The notes under the pieces are model-generated. The model was given only the letters and a program-made list of their open reading frames with translations, searched no databases and was not told the origin of the DNA. From an uncultured Hyphomicrobiales bacterium (GTDB lineage Bacteria > Pseudomonadota > Alphaproteobacteria > Rhizobiales > OSC116), in the NCBI GenBank assembly GCA_964531635.1, contig CAZHCZ010000001.1, positions 1,621-65,620 of the forward strand: a stretch of 64,000 nucleotides of DNA, written 5' to 3'. Below are positions 1 through 10,786 of the stretch, one piece after another. The number at the start of each line of letters is the position of its first letter. The stretch's first letter is position 1. The translations under genes and the position numbers were made by a program.

Positions 1-435
1 ACGCGTGTCACCTCTAACTCTTATTAACCTGTCTTTACTGATTAATAAACTGTCAAACGCCGCCATAATTTGTTGCACAACAGTTTCATTGCGCAAGTCG
101 TAATTGGCTTCAATCATTTTTCCAGACAATGATTTCTGTAAAATTAGGTGGCGTCTATCCCCACGTTTTAAAACTATAATTTCGGCACCAACATTGGTTA
201 GTAATTCTTGTTTTAATTCTTCGGTGACCATAGCATCGGGTGCACTTTCAAGCACCAAAGTGGCGATTTGGGCTTTTGCCAGCCTTTCCTCAAGCCAAAC
301 ATTTCTAAAGTTAGCAATAGACGGCACAAATATAAAAAATTCACCAATAAAAACAAAAACTATTGTTAGCAATAGCAGCCGCCCCGAAAGCCCGTTCATG
401 TTCCATAATTTTGCTTTTATTGGCTTGCTTGGCAT
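1..435 (-). CDS. membrane sensor (histidine kinase-like) protein, N-terminal part only, runs off left edge
   Basis: Absent from the ORF track because it has no in-window stop. The reverse complement from ATG (435..433) reads MPSKPIKAKLWNMNGLSGRLLLLTIVFVFIGEFFIFVPSIANFRNVWLEERLAKAQIATLVLESAPD..., i.e. one TM helix followed by an extracytoplasmic-looking segment. The + strand ORF 104..439 is its antisense shadow. Family assignment rests only on weak recall of alphaproteobacterial sensor kinase N-termini. Confidence 0.45.
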   Translation of the reverse strand, partial: MPSKPIKAKLWNMNGLSGRLLLLTIVFVFIGEFFIFVPSIANFRNVWLEERLAKAQIATLVLESAPDAMVTEELKQELLTNVGAEIIVLKRGDRRHLILQKSLSGKMIEANYDLRNETVVQQIMAAFDSLLISKDRLIRVRGDTR

Positions 436-607
436 ATAAAAAACTTTGTAAGACTAGAGTGATATTTGTTTTGATAGTAATTTAACAGATATTTCCTTTA
501 AAATCTGCAAATTAATAGATTCTGTCCTTAGTGACTATATATTTGTATATCATAATAATTTAATTTCGAGTTATGCTTTTAAACCAGTGTTATTCTGTAT
601 TTGAATT

Positions 608-2056
608 TTACCCAAATTTGCGTAAAATGCCAAGCACCGTTCGTAAAATTTTATTTTTTGCAAAATCTTTATAGTTATCTTGTGCCGCGCGTTTTACAAT
701 TTCGGCAAGGGTTGGGTAGGCAACTGTCATTGTTGCTAATTTCGATATTTTAATTTTCTGACTTATCATTAGAGCCAAAATAGAAATTAACTCTCCTGCA
801 TTTTCGCCCAATATTGTTGCACCGACAACATAGCCTTTTTTGGTTACAAAAAACTGCGCGAACCCAAGTGTTTTATTGGTTGCCACTGCACGGTCATTGC
901 CATCATAACGGGCGGATAAAACTTTAATTTCACCATATTTTTGTCGGGCTTGTTTCTGGTCTAAACCCACATGGGCAAGTTCGGGGTCAGTATAAATTAC
1001 CCACGGCAAAAAGTCGTAATTGACCTTGGTTGGCATTCTGAATAACGCCGACCTTATTACCAAACCCGCATGATAATTGGCAACATGGGTAAATTGCGGG
1101 TTAAATGCCATGCCGTTAATTTGCACAACATCACCAATAGCATAAACCCGCTTGGCATTGGTGCGTAACGAAGCGTCAGCTTTAACCCCTTTGCGGTCAA
1201 ACTCAATGCTGGTTTTATCTAAATCTAACCCCGATATATTTGCAGACCTACCCGTTGCAACCAATAAATGTGACGCATTAATCGTCTGTGTTTTACCATT
1301 TTCATCTTTAATGGTTATAGAAATTTCATCGCCTTGATTTGCAACTTTTTCAACCATCATATTGTCATAAATAACAATACCTTCGGCTTTAAGCTGTTCA
1401 ATAATAATATTCGCAAATTCAGCATCTTGGTTGCCCAAAACGCTCGCCGCATCAATTAATGTAACCGCGCAGCCCAAGCGCCTATGTGCTTGCGCCATTT
1501 CAAGCCCAATTGGTCCTGCACCAATAACAACCAAATGTTCAGGCTTTTTAGCCAAGCTGAAAATGGTTTCATTGGTGTCATAATCAACATCATCTAAGCC
1601 TTTTATTGGCGGAATAAATGCCGATGAGCCTGTCGAAATAATAAACCGCCTCGCCTTAATAATATAATCTCCAGCAGCAACAGTTTCATCGTCAATAAAT
1701 TTGCCACCCGCTTGAATAACTTTAACCCCAAGCCCCTCAAACCGCTCGACACTGTCATGCGGTTCAATGGTTGCAATTGCATCAGCAACATGTTGTTTAG
1801 CGGCCTCATAGTTAACCTGTGGGGTCGTAAAATTGTTTATATATTTTTCGGCGTTTTTATGATTGTGGATAGATTTAGCGACCGACAATAAAGCCTTAGA
1901 AGGCACACAGCCATAATTCAAGCAATCGCCGCCCATTTTGGCTTTTTCAATCAGCACCACATCTACACCCATTTGGGCAGCCGCAGCCGCAACACTTAAA
2001 CCACCAGAGCCTGCACCAATAATACACAAATCGGGTGTTAAAATTTTATTATTCAT
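608..2056 (-). CDS. class I pyridine nucleotide-disulfide oxidoreductase (dihydrolipoyl dehydrogenase / mercuric reductase-like)
   Basis: 482 aa. FAD fold IIGAGSGG, redox-active disulfide GGDCLNYGCVPSK, NAD fold VVIGAGPIGLE, C-terminal dimerisation domain. Confidence 0.9.
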   Translation of the reverse strand: MNNKILTPDLCIIGAGSGGLSVAAAAAQMGVDVVLIEKAKMGGDCLNYGCVPSKALLSVAKSIHNHKNAEKYINNFTTPQVNYEAAKQHVADAIATIEPHDSVERFEGLGVKVIQAGGKFIDDETVAAGDYIIKARRFIISTGSSAFIPPIKGLDDVDYDTNETIFSLAKKPEHLVVIGAGPIGLEMAQAHRRLGCAVTLIDAASVLGNQDAEFANIIIEQLKAEGIVIYDNMMVEKVANQGDEISITIKDENGKTQTINASHLLVATGRSANISGLDLDKTSIEFDRKGVKADASLRTNAKRVYAIGDVVQINGMAFNPQFTHVANYHAGLVIRSALFRMPTKVNYDFLPWVIYTDPELAHVGLDQKQARQKYGEIKVLSARYDGNDRAVATNKTLGFAQFFVTKKGYVVGATILGENAGELISILALMISQKIKISKLATMTVAYPTLAEIVKRAAQDNYKDFAKNKILRTVLGILRKFG

Positions 2057-2066
2057 TTTATTTTCC

Positions 2067-2822
2067 TTACGCTAAGTTTTTTGCTTTAGCTTTTTTAATT
2101 TTCTTTAAAACAATTGGAATTAACGCCACAAAGCCTATCGCCACAAAGCCAATAAGCAATTCTTGGGAGAATATAGAGCCAATGCTGACATTAAATTCAC
2201 AGGATTTTTCGGTTGTATCTTGTGCCAAACACTGTTTATAGGCTGTGTTTTCGTTAGACAATATAGAACCAATGCCCGCCCCAAAAAAGGTATAAGCAAA
2301 GGTAACAGGCATAATGCCAATAAATGTTGTCCAACTGTATGTCCAAAATCTTGCGCCTAATAATGCTGGCGCTAAATTAACAATAAAGAATGGGAATAGT
2401 GGCACAAGCCTTAAAAACAACAAATAACTTGCCGCCCCATCATTAAACTCGGCGGCAATTTTTTCAAGCCACTTTCCTGCCTTTTGTTTTAAAAAATCGC
2501 TGAGGCTGGTTTTGGCAATTAAAAATATGACCATAGCACCCAATGTAGCGGCAACAACAACAACAGCACCGCCTAAAAGCCCACCAAATAATAAACCACC
2601 AAGCAAAGTTAATATTGATGCCCCCGGAATAGAAAACGCAACAGACGTTGTGTAAAGGGCACAAAAAATTAAGATTGAGTAAATAAGGTTATTGGCAACA
2701 TACAACTCAAGCCTATTCTGATTTTCTGCAATCGCTTGAAGCGAAAAATATTCGCCAATTCCTGCAAACCAAATAATGCCGAACAGCAAAACAAACATTC
2801 CAAGAAGTAAAAACTTTTTCAT
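2067..2822 (-). CDS. TVP38/TMEM64 (DedA/SNARE-associated) family membrane protein
   Basis: Multi-TM protein with the RLVPLFPFFIVNLAPALLG core. Start moved to internal ATG (MKKFLLLGMF...) at 2822, where the hydrophobic N-terminus begins. Stop lies 10 nt before the oxidoreductase start. Confidence 0.8.
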   Translation of the reverse strand: MKKFLLLGMFVLLFGIIWFAGIGEYFSLQAIAENQNRLELYVANNLIYSILIFCALYTTSVAFSIPGASILTLLGGLLFGGLLGGAVVVVAATLGAMVIFLIAKTSLSDFLKQKAGKWLEKIAAEFNDGAASYLLFLRLVPLFPFFIVNLAPALLGARFWTYSWTTFIGIMPVTFAYTFFGAGIGSILSNENTAYKQCLAQDTTEKSCEFNVSIGSIFSQELLIGFVAIGFVALIPIVLKKIKKAKAKNLA

Positions 2823-3035
2823 TATCAATATCCAGTTTAATTTCGTTGTCGCCATTATAATTGATAAAATGCAAACTTCTATCAACATTTAAACAAAATT
2901 TTGTGATAATGATGTGAACGTTATTTACATTTTTATTGACTTTAACAAAACATCCATTATAAACCACACAACTATTTATTAATTTATCTGACCGCATATA
3001 ATGGGTTCAGATTTCCAAATTTTGGAGAATTTAAG

Positions 3036-3170
3036 ATGAAACGTACATTTCAACCTAGCGTTTTGGTTCGCAAACGTCGTCACGGTTTTCGCGCTCGCCA
3101 AGCCACTAATGGCGGTTTAAGAGTTTTAGCACGTCGTCGGGCAAAAGGCCGTAAGCGTTTATCCGCATAA
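3036..3170 (+). CDS. rpmH: 50S ribosomal protein L34
   Basis: Below the ORF-track size cutoff. Hand translation gives [44 protein letters not shown] (44 aa), in the canonical position upstream of rnpA. Confidence 0.95.
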   Translation: MKRTFQPSVLVRKRRHGFRARQATNGGLRVLARRRAKGRKRLSA

Positions 3171-3177
3171 AATAAAA

Positions 3178-3516
3178 ATGTATACATTAAAAAAACGAGC
3201 CGATTTTTTAAAAACCGCGAAGGGACTAAAACATGTCGCTCGCGGTTTTGTTTTGCAAGCAAAGCCTCATGCAAACGTTGTCGTTCCATCTGTACGTGTT
3301 GGTTTTACCGCCTCAAAAAAAGTTGGTAATGCCGTATGCCGCAACCGTGCTAAGCGCCGTTTGCGTGAATTGGCAAGAAACACCGCACTAAAAACCGCAT
3401 TAAACGGCTTTGATTATGTATTTATCGCACGCAAAAATATTCTAAATATGGAATTTTCAAAACTAGAAAATGACATTAAATTCGCAATGAAAAAAATTCA
3501 TAAACCCAAAAATTAA
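3178..3516 (+). CDS. rnpA: ribonuclease P protein component
   Basis: 112-aa basic protein (KKRADFLK..., RNRAKRRLRE) directly after rpmH and before yidC. Confidence 0.9.
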   Translation: MYTLKKRADFLKTAKGLKHVARGFVLQAKPHANVVVPSVRVGFTASKKVGNAVCRNRAKRRLRELARNTALKTALNGFDYVFIARKNILNMEFSKLENDIKFAMKKIHKPKN

Positions 3517-3648
3517 ACAAAAGCCAGTCTTGTGTTGTTAAACTTGTAACATATATACCTATAACCCCTATATTTTGGTTCCTTAAATAGGCTTTTGTGG
3601 TTATAAGGTGGTTTAACTTTGTTATGCTGAAATTGTAGGACAGTAAAA

Positions 3649-5514
3649 ATGGAAAATAAAAATTTAATTTTAGTGCTTATATTGAGCTTTGGTTTTTTAT
3701 TTGTATGGCAATATTTTGTTATAGCTCCAAGAGAGGCTATAGAGGAAACCAAGCGTATAGAAATTGCGCAGCAAACCAATAATTTTGCACCAACTTCTGC
3801 GACACCAAGCACCGTGCCTAGTTCCAGCGCATCCAATGCAAATGTTCCGCAAAGCAATGTCACAAGTACAAACATTGCTATGCCCGCATTGCTAAACCCA
3901 ATGTCTATCGCCCAAGAGCTTGCAAAAAACTTAAGAGTGCCAATTGCTTCTAAACGCATAACAGGCAGTATTTCACTCAAAGGCGGTCGTCTTGACGATA
4001 TTAGCCTTAACGACTACCGCCTTACGCTCGATGAAAACAGCGACAATGTCACTATTTTCTCGCCATCAGGCAGCAGAGCACCCTATTATGCCGATTTTGG
4101 TTGGGCACCTGTTGGTACCGTTAAAGTGCCGACAGCCAATACAATTTGGTCTGCCCCAGCGCGCGCTAAATTAAGCGAAGCAACGCCCGTTACTATCCAG
4201 TGGGATAATGGCGAAGGCTTAACTTTTTATCGTCAATATAACATTGATGAAAATTTCCTCATCAGCATAACTCAAAGTGTTAAAAATTCAAGCAATACGG
4301 CTGTAAGCCTGCACCCATATGGTCTTATCGCCCGCCACGGCACTCCAGACACTGACGGCATTTTTATCTTGCATGAAGGGCCAATTGGTCTAATGGGCGA
4401 AGATGGTTTGCAAGAAATTTCCTATGGTGACCTTACTGATAACCCCGCACAATCTTTCACCAATAAAAAAGGTTGGATAGGCTTTACCGATAAATATTTT
4501 GCATCAACCCTTATTCCCGATCAAAGTGAAGAATATACAGCCAAATTTTCTGCCTCAGGCACACCAAGAACCAACTTTCAAACCGATTATTTACTCAGCC
4601 CCCGTACAATTGCTGTCGGTGGCGAAGCCTCGATTAAAAACTCATTATTTGTCGGCGCAAAAGAAGACAATGTCATCACCGCTTACCGCGATAATTTAGG
4701 TTTTGAAAAGCTAGATTTACTCATTGACTGGGGCATTTTCTACTTTATCACCAAACCTCTATTCTCATTATTAATGTTTTTAAACGGTTTAATAGGCAAT
4801 TTTGGTGTGGCAATTTTAGCGGTTACCGTTATTGTTAAAATCATCTTTTTCCCACTGGCAAACAAATCTTACGCCTCAATGGGTAAGATGAAAAAGTTGC
4901 AACCCGAAATTCTAAAGCTCAAAGAGCGTTATGCCGATGACCGTACGCGTATGCAACAAGCGCAAATGGAGTTGTTTAAAAAGGAAAAAGTTAACCCGAT
5001 GGCGGGTTGTTGGCCAATGCTGGTGCAAATTCCTGTTTTCTTTGCACTCTATAAAGTCTTATACATTGCGATAGAAATGCGCCAAGCGCCGTTTTTCGGT
5101 TGGATTCAAGATTTAGCAGCCCCCGACCCAACATCGATATTTAACTTATTTGGGCTCATTCCATTTTCATTACCCGCATTCTTACTCATCGGTGTTTGGC
5201 CAATTCTTATGGGCATCACTCAATTTGTTCAGATGCGCCTTAACCCCGCACCTGCCGATAAAGTCCAAGCGATGATTTTTGGTTGGATGCCCGTATTCTT
5301 TGTTTTCTTGCTCGCGTCATTCCCCGCAGGCATGGTAATTTACTGGACATGGAGTAACTTCCTTGGTGTTATTCAGCAGGCTTATATCATGAAAAAACAC
5401 GATGTCGAAATTGCATTATGGGATAATATTGTTGCCATTTTCAAAAAATCCACCAAAGTGGTTGAGGCTGATGCCAATACCAATACAAAAACCGATACAG
5501 ATGCTAAAAAATAA
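3649..5514 (+). CDS. yidC: membrane protein insertase YidC
   Basis: 621 aa with an N-terminal TM helix, a large periplasmic P1 domain and the Oxa1-like C-terminal core (GCWPMLVQIPVFFALY). Conserved rnpA-yidC-engB synteny. Confidence 0.95.
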   Translation: MENKNLILVLILSFGFLFVWQYFVIAPREAIEETKRIEIAQQTNNFAPTSATPSTVPSSSASNANVPQSNVTSTNIAMPALLNPMSIAQELAKNLRVPIASKRITGSISLKGGRLDDISLNDYRLTLDENSDNVTIFSPSGSRAPYYADFGWAPVGTVKVPTANTIWSAPARAKLSEATPVTIQWDNGEGLTFYRQYNIDENFLISITQSVKNSSNTAVSLHPYGLIARHGTPDTDGIFILHEGPIGLMGEDGLQEISYGDLTDNPAQSFTNKKGWIGFTDKYFASTLIPDQSEEYTAKFSASGTPRTNFQTDYLLSPRTIAVGGEASIKNSLFVGAKEDNVITAYRDNLGFEKLDLLIDWGIFYFITKPLFSLLMFLNGLIGNFGVAILAVTVIVKIIFFPLANKSYASMGKMKKLQPEILKLKERYADDRTRMQQAQMELFKKEKVNPMAGCWPMLVQIPVFFALYKVLYIAIEMRQAPFFGWIQDLAAPDPTSIFNLFGLIPFSLPAFLLIGVWPILMGITQFVQMRLNPAPADKVQAMIFGWMPVFFVFLLASFPAGMVIYWTWSNFLGVIQQAYIMKKHDVEIALWDNIVAIFKKSTKVVEADANTNTKTDTDAKK

Positions 5515-6173
5515 TGTCCTATCAAGATTTTAAACAAAGCCCTTTTGATACTTATAGCGATGCCGAGCTAGAAACCGCTCGGGTCGCCTTTAAAGGTGAG
5601 TGCGAATTTATTAAAGGCGTCGTCGATATGGACGGTCTGCCCAATACTGAAATAACCGAAATAGCCTTAGCAGGTCGCTCCAATGTTGGTAAATCCAGTC
5701 TTATAAACGCTTTAACTGACCGTAAAACTATAGCGCGAACTTCCAATACACCAGGGCGTACGCGCGAGCTTAACTTTTTTAATCTCAACCAAAACCTGCA
5801 AATGGTCGATATGCCAGGCTATGGCTATGCCAAGGCGAGCAAAACCGAAATTTCGTCATGGAATGCACTAATACGCGAATATCTGCGCGGTAGAGTTCAA
5901 TTAAAGCGGGTGTTTATGCTTATTGACAGCCGCCATGGTGTAAAGTCTAACGATATAGAGATTATGAAAATGCTTGATATGTCGGCAGTGTCTTATCAAA
6001 TTATACTGACAAAACTCGATAAAGTTCCTATGCCCGAGCAAGAGGATTTATTCAATAAAACTCAAAGCATCCTCATAAAACGCCCCGCCTGCCACCCATT
6101 TATTTTGGCAACTTCGAGCGCAAAAGGTTGGGGTCTGGCAGAAATGCGGGCAGAGATGATGCGATTAATATAG
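5514..6173 (+). CDS. engB: ribosome biogenesis GTP-binding protein EngB/YihA
   Basis: G1 motif GRSNVGKSSLINAL, DMPGYG, TKLDK. TAATG overlap with the yidC stop. Confidence 0.92.
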   Translation: MSYQDFKQSPFDTYSDAELETARVAFKGECEFIKGVVDMDGLPNTEITEIALAGRSNVGKSSLINALTDRKTIARTSNTPGRTRELNFFNLNQNLQMVDMPGYGYAKASKTEISSWNALIREYLRGRVQLKRVFMLIDSRHGVKSNDIEIMKMLDMSAVSYQIILTKLDKVPMPEQEDLFNKTQSILIKRPACHPFILATSSAKGWGLAEMRAEMMRLI

Positions 6174-6229
6174 GTTTTTTAACGCTTTGCCTATATTAAG
6201 ATAATAAATCAACCAATTGAGCTTTCATC

Positions 6230-7129
6230 ATGAGTGACAAAAATAATAAACATATCGAAACCGCACATATTTTATCCGAAGCCCTGCCGCATATGCAACG
6301 CTATGATAATAAAACCGTGGTTATAAAATATGGTGGTCATGCTATGGGCGACCCACGGCTTGCAGAACAATTTGCGCGTGATATTGTATTGCTTAAACAA
6401 AGCGGCACAAACCCAATTGTCGTGCATGGCGGCGGGCCTCAAATTGCCGAAATGCTCGAAAAGCTCAACATCAAAAGCGAGTTTAAAGACGGTTTGCGCG
6501 TAACCACAGATGAGATTATCGAAATTGTCGAAATGGTTTTGGCTGGCAAAATTAACAAACAAATTGTAGCTTCCATTAATAATGCAGGCGGTCTTGCGGT
6601 TGGTGTTTGCGGAAAAGATGGCAATATGATTGTCGCCGAAAAGCTCACCAAAAAAACAAAAGGGACTGATAGTAATATTGAAAAAATACTCGATTTAGGA
6701 CATGTCGGCACAGTTAAACATGTCAACACCACTATTTTGGACAGTTTTATTAACAGCGATATTATCCCCGTCATCGCTCCCATCGGCACATCTGAAACGG
6801 GGCAAACTTATAATATAAATGCCGATACCGCAGCAGGTGCAATCGCCAGTGCACTTAAAGCCAAACGCTTGCTTATGCTAACCGATATTAAAGGCGTAAT
6901 GGATGAAAACAAACAATTAATCAGTGAGTTATCGGTCGATAAAGCCAAACAACTTATCGACAATGGTACAATAAAAGACGGCATGATACCCAAGGTAGAA
7001 ACCTGCCTAGAAGTGATAGAAAATGGTGCCGAAGCCGCGGTTATCCTCGATGGACGTGAAGAACATGCTGTTTTATTAGAATTATTTACCACCCATGGCG
7101 CAGGTACATTTATCAGAAAGAACAAATAG
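6230..7129 (+). CDS. argB: acetylglutamate kinase
   Basis: [18 protein letters not shown] and [12 protein letters not shown] motifs. 299 aa. Confidence 0.95.
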   Translation: MSDKNNKHIETAHILSEALPHMQRYDNKTVVIKYGGHAMGDPRLAEQFARDIVLLKQSGTNPIVVHGGGPQIAEMLEKLNIKSEFKDGLRVTTDEIIEIVEMVLAGKINKQIVASINNAGGLAVGVCGKDGNMIVAEKLTKKTKGTDSNIEKILDLGHVGTVKHVNTTILDSFINSDIIPVIAPIGTSETGQTYNINADTAAGAIASALKAKRLLMLTDIKGVMDENKQLISELSVDKAKQLIDNGTIKDGMIPKVETCLEVIENGAEAAVILDGREEHAVLLELFTTHGAGTFIRKNK

Positions 7130-7132
7130 TTT

Positions 7133-7819
7133 ATGTCCGATTTTGCACATATTAAAAATTGGGTATTTGACCTAGACAACACACTTTATTCCCCGCGTTA
7201 TAAGCTATTCGAGCAAATTGATGTGAATATGACGGGCTATATTATGGATTATCTCAAACTGCCAAAAGATGAAGCCCGTATCAAACAAAAATATTTTTAT
7301 CAAATCTATGGAACAACTCTCAACGGTCTTATGACAGAGCATAATGTCGATCCTGAGGAATTTTTATCTCGCGCTCATCATATAGATGTCAGCCATATTC
7401 CAGCCGATGACGAATTGCGCAAACAGCTTATCCGCATTACCAATGAGCGCGATTTTAACCGCCGTATTATTTACACAAATGGCACAAGAAAACACGCGAT
7501 AAACGTCATGAATGCGCTAGAAATTACCGACCTGTTCGATATTATAATCGGCATAAGAGAAACAAGTTTCATTCCCAAGCCCCATAAAGAGGCTTTCGAC
7601 AAATTTTTCGACCTAGTCGACATAAATCCAAAAACCAGTATTATGTTCGAAGATTTGCCGAAAAACCTACTAGAACCAGAAAAACGTGGCATGGCAACGG
7701 TATTGGTACAACCCACCGAAACCCAACACCCCGACAGCCGCTGGGCGTTCGAAGATAATGATGGTCATATTCAACATAAAACTAAGAATTTAGCTGAGTT
7801 TTTAGAAAAAATAATTTGA
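7133..7819 (+). CDS. HAD-superfamily hydrolase (pyrimidine 5'-nucleotidase-like)
   Basis: HAD motif I WVFDLDNTLY, motif II YTNGT, C-terminal FEDL motif. 228 aa. Confidence 0.75.
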   Translation: MSDFAHIKNWVFDLDNTLYSPRYKLFEQIDVNMTGYIMDYLKLPKDEARIKQKYFYQIYGTTLNGLMTEHNVDPEEFLSRAHHIDVSHIPADDELRKQLIRITNERDFNRRIIYTNGTRKHAINVMNALEITDLFDIIIGIRETSFIPKPHKEAFDKFFDLVDINPKTSIMFEDLPKNLLEPEKRGMATVLVQPTETQHPDSRWAFEDNDGHIQHKTKNLAEFLEKII

Positions 7820-7849
7820 GTTTAGTTTGCTAGAAAAAAACTCGATTTT

Positions 7850-8848
7850 TCACAATCGCCCCTCGGCAACACCATGACAGGTTACAGTTGCGCCATCTTT
7901 TTCTAGAGGCATGGGAATTTCGGACTTGCATCTGTCTTGCACATGGGGGCAACGTGGGTGAAAAGTACAGCCTGATGGGGGGCTAATGGGGTTGGGGACT
8001 TCGCCTTTTATGGGCTCTCGTGTTATACCGCTCATTTTTAAATCGGGTATCGCATCTAACAGCATACGCGTATAGGGGTGCTTTGGGTTGCTGAATAATT
8101 GTTTGGCGTCTGCCACCTCGACCAATCTGCCCAAATACATAACACCAATGCGGTTTGCCATATGCCTAACGACTGAAAGATCGTGCGAGATGAATAAGAA
8201 AGTTAAGTTTAATTCGTCTTGCAAATCGCGCATGAGGTTTAAAATTTGCGCTTGTACCGAAACATCTAGTGCCGATGTTGGTTCATCGCAGACTATAAAT
8301 TTTGGGTTTGATGCCAAGGCGCGAGCAATGCAAATGCGTTGGCGTTGCCCGCCCGAAAATTCATGCGGAAATTTATTGCCATCGGCATAGCTTAAGCCAA
8401 CCAAGTCCAATAATTTTTTAACCCGTTGGCTAATATCTTTGGCAGTTTTTTCCAACTTAAAAGCTTTAATCGGTTCGGCAATAATTTTTTCGACTCTCCA
8501 GCGCGGGTTTAACGAGGCAAATGGGTCTTGAAAAATCATTTGAATTTGCGAGCGCATTTCTCTTAATTTAACCAAATCGTTTTTATCGTTAATATTAACG
8601 CCATCGATTATTACTTCACCCTTGCTGGGCGATAATAAACCAACAACCATTTTAGCAACGGTCGATTTGCCTGAACCACTTTCACCCACCAAAGCAAAAG
8701 TTTCACCCTTCATAATATCAATCGAAACATCATCAACCGCACGTAAGAATTTCTTTTTTTCACGTTCAATTATTCTATTAAGCAAAGGCTTAGAAACATC
8801 GAATAAACGGTCAATATGTTTAATTTCTACCAGCATGTTTTTTTGCAT
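7850..8848 (-). CDS. peptide/nickel ABC transporter ATP-binding protein (OppF/DppF-like)
   Basis: Walker A GESGSGKST, signature FSGGQRQRICIA, Walker B IVCDEP, C-terminal oligopeptide-transporter domain with GCTFHPRCP. Confidence 0.9.
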   Translation of the reverse strand: MQKNMLVEIKHIDRLFDVSKPLLNRIIEREKKKFLRAVDDVSIDIMKGETFALVGESGSGKSTVAKMVVGLLSPSKGEVIIDGVNINDKNDLVKLREMRSQIQMIFQDPFASLNPRWRVEKIIAEPIKAFKLEKTAKDISQRVKKLLDLVGLSYADGNKFPHEFSGGQRQRICIARALASNPKFIVCDEPTSALDVSVQAQILNLMRDLQDELNLTFLFISHDLSVVRHMANRIGVMYLGRLVEVADAKQLFSNPKHPYTRMLLDAIPDLKMSGITREPIKGEVPNPISPPSGCTFHPRCPHVQDRCKSEIPMPLEKDGATVTCHGVAEGRL

Positions 8849-9834
8849 TATAATGTCGCCTCTGTCGTATCTTCATCAAACAACCAACAAGCAACCAATG
8901 AATTGCCAACCGTGTTTAAGCGGGCGCGTTGTTTAAAACATTTATCGAAAGCCTTGTCGCAACGCGGGTGAAATGAGCAGCCTGTAGGGATGTCATCGAG
9001 CCGTGGCATCGAGCCTTTAATTTGCACCAAACGCTCTAAATCACTATCCATCGCAGGAATAGAATTCATAAGACCAATTGTGTAAGGATGTTTTGGGTTT
9101 TTAATAAGGTCTGCCGTTTTACCAATTTCAGCAATTTGCCCCGAGTATAACACAGCCATTCTGTCAGCGGTTTCGGCAATCACCCCCATATCATGGGTTA
9201 TCAGCATAATGGCGGTGCCACGCTCACTGCATAAGCGTTTAAGCAAAGCAATAATTTGCGCTTGTACCGAAACATCGAGCGCTGTAGTTGGTTCATCGGC
9301 AATAATTAAATCGGGGTTGGCAGCAAGCGCAAGCGCAATAACCACCCGTTGGCGCATTCCGCCCGAAAATTGATGCGGATAACCATCAATACGCGTTTCT
9401 GGCGCAGGAATACCCACCTCGTTAAGCAATTCTATCGCGCGCTCACGGGCTTGTTGTTTGTTTAGCGGCAAATGTGTTTGAATGGTTTCAATAAGCTGTT
9501 CACCAACCCGATAAAGCGGATTTAAGCTGGTTAAAGGGTCCTGAAAAATCATCGAAATTTTTATACCGCGCAACCCACGCATAGCCTCATCGTCCAAATT
9601 ATCTATACGCTCGCCATTAAAAATAATCTCGCCGCCAGCAATTCTACCTGGAGGGTCTAACAACCCAATAATAGCCGCGCCTGTAAGCGATTTACCCGCG
9701 CCACTTTCGCCAACAACGCCTAACACCTCGCCTTTATTAATCGAGAATGAAACTTTATCGACCGCAGTTAGAGTTTTTTTGCGATTGGGAAATTCAATAA
9801 CTAAATCTTTTACTTCTAATAGAGGCACTGTCAT
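8848..9834 (-). CDS. peptide/nickel ABC transporter ATP-binding protein (OppD/DppD-like)
   Basis: Walker [28 protein letters not shown]-terminal GCSFHPRC. 1-nt overlap with the downstream ATPase gene. Confidence 0.9.
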   Translation of the reverse strand: MTVPLLEVKDLVIEFPNRKKTLTAVDKVSFSINKGEVLGVVGESGAGKSLTGAAIIGLLDPPGRIAGGEIIFNGERIDNLDDEAMRGLRGIKISMIFQDPLTSLNPLYRVGEQLIETIQTHLPLNKQQARERAIELLNEVGIPAPETRIDGYPHQFSGGMRQRVVIALALAANPDLIIADEPTTALDVSVQAQIIALLKRLCSERGTAIMLITHDMGVIAETADRMAVLYSGQIAEIGKTADLIKNPKHPYTIGLMNSIPAMDSDLERLVQIKGSMPRLDDIPTGCSFHPRCDKAFDKCFKQRARLNTVGNSLVACWLFDEDTTEATL

Positions 9835-9837
9835 AAA

Positions 9838-10776
9838 TTAATCTCCCGACCGAAGTTTGGGGTTAAGCACATCGCGTAACCAATCGCCAAGTAAATTTAC
9901 CGACAACGCCAAAGTGAGTAACGTAACCGCGGGGAATAATAATATCCACCATTCGCCCGAAAATAAATAACCCTGCCCAATGCGAATTAATGTACCAAGC
10001 GACGGTTGAGTGGGTGGTGCGCCTACGCCTAAAAACGATAATGTCGCCTCGGCAATAATCGCCAATGCCAATGATATGGTGGCAATAACCAAAACGGGAC
10101 CCAATACATTTGGCAATATGTGACCAAGCATAATACCGCCAGACCGCCTGCCATTTAACTTCGCTGCTTGCACATATTCTTTATTTTTTTCAACCAATGT
10201 AGCTCCACGCACAACCCGTGCAAATTGCACCCATTCCGATAAGCCAATGGCAATTATTAGCACCCAAATTGCCATTTCATCGCGCTGGTCAATCGGCGTG
10301 AAACCTTTGGCAATACCAAATATAAGCATCGCCACCAAAATACCTGGGAAAGTAAGTTGTATATCGGCAATACGCATAATCAACGCATCCAACCAACCAC
10401 CAACATAACCTGCAATTAACCCCAACGAAACGCCCAATATCATCGCAAATGTTACGGCTGCGAAACCAACAAATAAAGATATACGCATTCCATAAAGAAT
10501 GGTCGAAAAAATATCGCGCCCTTGGTCATCTGTACCCAGCCAAAAAACCTCACTGGTAAACTGGTTGGGCTGCATGGGTGCTGAAAAGCCGTTCATTAAA
10601 TTAAGTGTCGCGGGGTCGAACGGATTGTGCGGGGCAATGAGTGGTGAAAAAACAGCGCCCAATATAAGAATAAGCGCCACAAGAAACGAAATCATCGCCA
10701 CATATGAATGAGTAAAAGAATACATAAAATCCGACCTTGCGGCACGCACTATATTTTCACGTAATCTGGTTAGCAT
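9838..10776 (-). CDS. peptide ABC transporter permease (OppC/DppC-like)
   Basis: BPD_transp_1 type permease (EYVQAAKLNGRRSG loop). Start moved to internal ATG (MLTRLRENI...) at 10776, so it no longer overlaps the upstream permease, which ends at 10787. Confidence 0.85.
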   Translation of the reverse strand: MLTRLRENIVRAARSDFMYSFTHSYVAMISFLVALILILGAVFSPLIAPHNPFDPATLNLMNGFSAPMQPNQFTSEVFWLGTDDQGRDIFSTILYGMRISLFVGFAAVTFAMILGVSLGLIAGYVGGWLDALIMRIADIQLTFPGILVAMLIFGIAKGFTPIDQRDEMAIWVLIIAIGLSEWVQFARVVRGATLVEKNKEYVQAAKLNGRRSGGIMLGHILPNVLGPVLVIATISLALAIIAEATLSFLGVGAPPTQPSLGTLIRIGQGYLFSGEWWILLFPAVTLLTLALSVNLLGDWLRDVLNPKLRSGD

Positions 10777-10786
10777 AATATACTTT

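Noticed and set aside
104-439. 111-aa + strand ORF at the left edge
   Set aside because: It is the antisense shadow of a minus-strand gene with a convincing TM-plus-sensor N-terminus that runs off the window. It has a low-complexity, Ser/Ile-rich composition.
3517-3648. Expected yidD (small membrane-insertion factor gene) between rnpA and yidC
   Set aside because: No open reading frame of suitable length exists in either direction in this 132-nt gap.
3513-3980. 155-aa minus-strand ORF overlapping the rnpA-yidC junction and the yidC 5' end
   Set aside because: It is antisense to the well-supported yidC and has no recognisable motifs or RBS.
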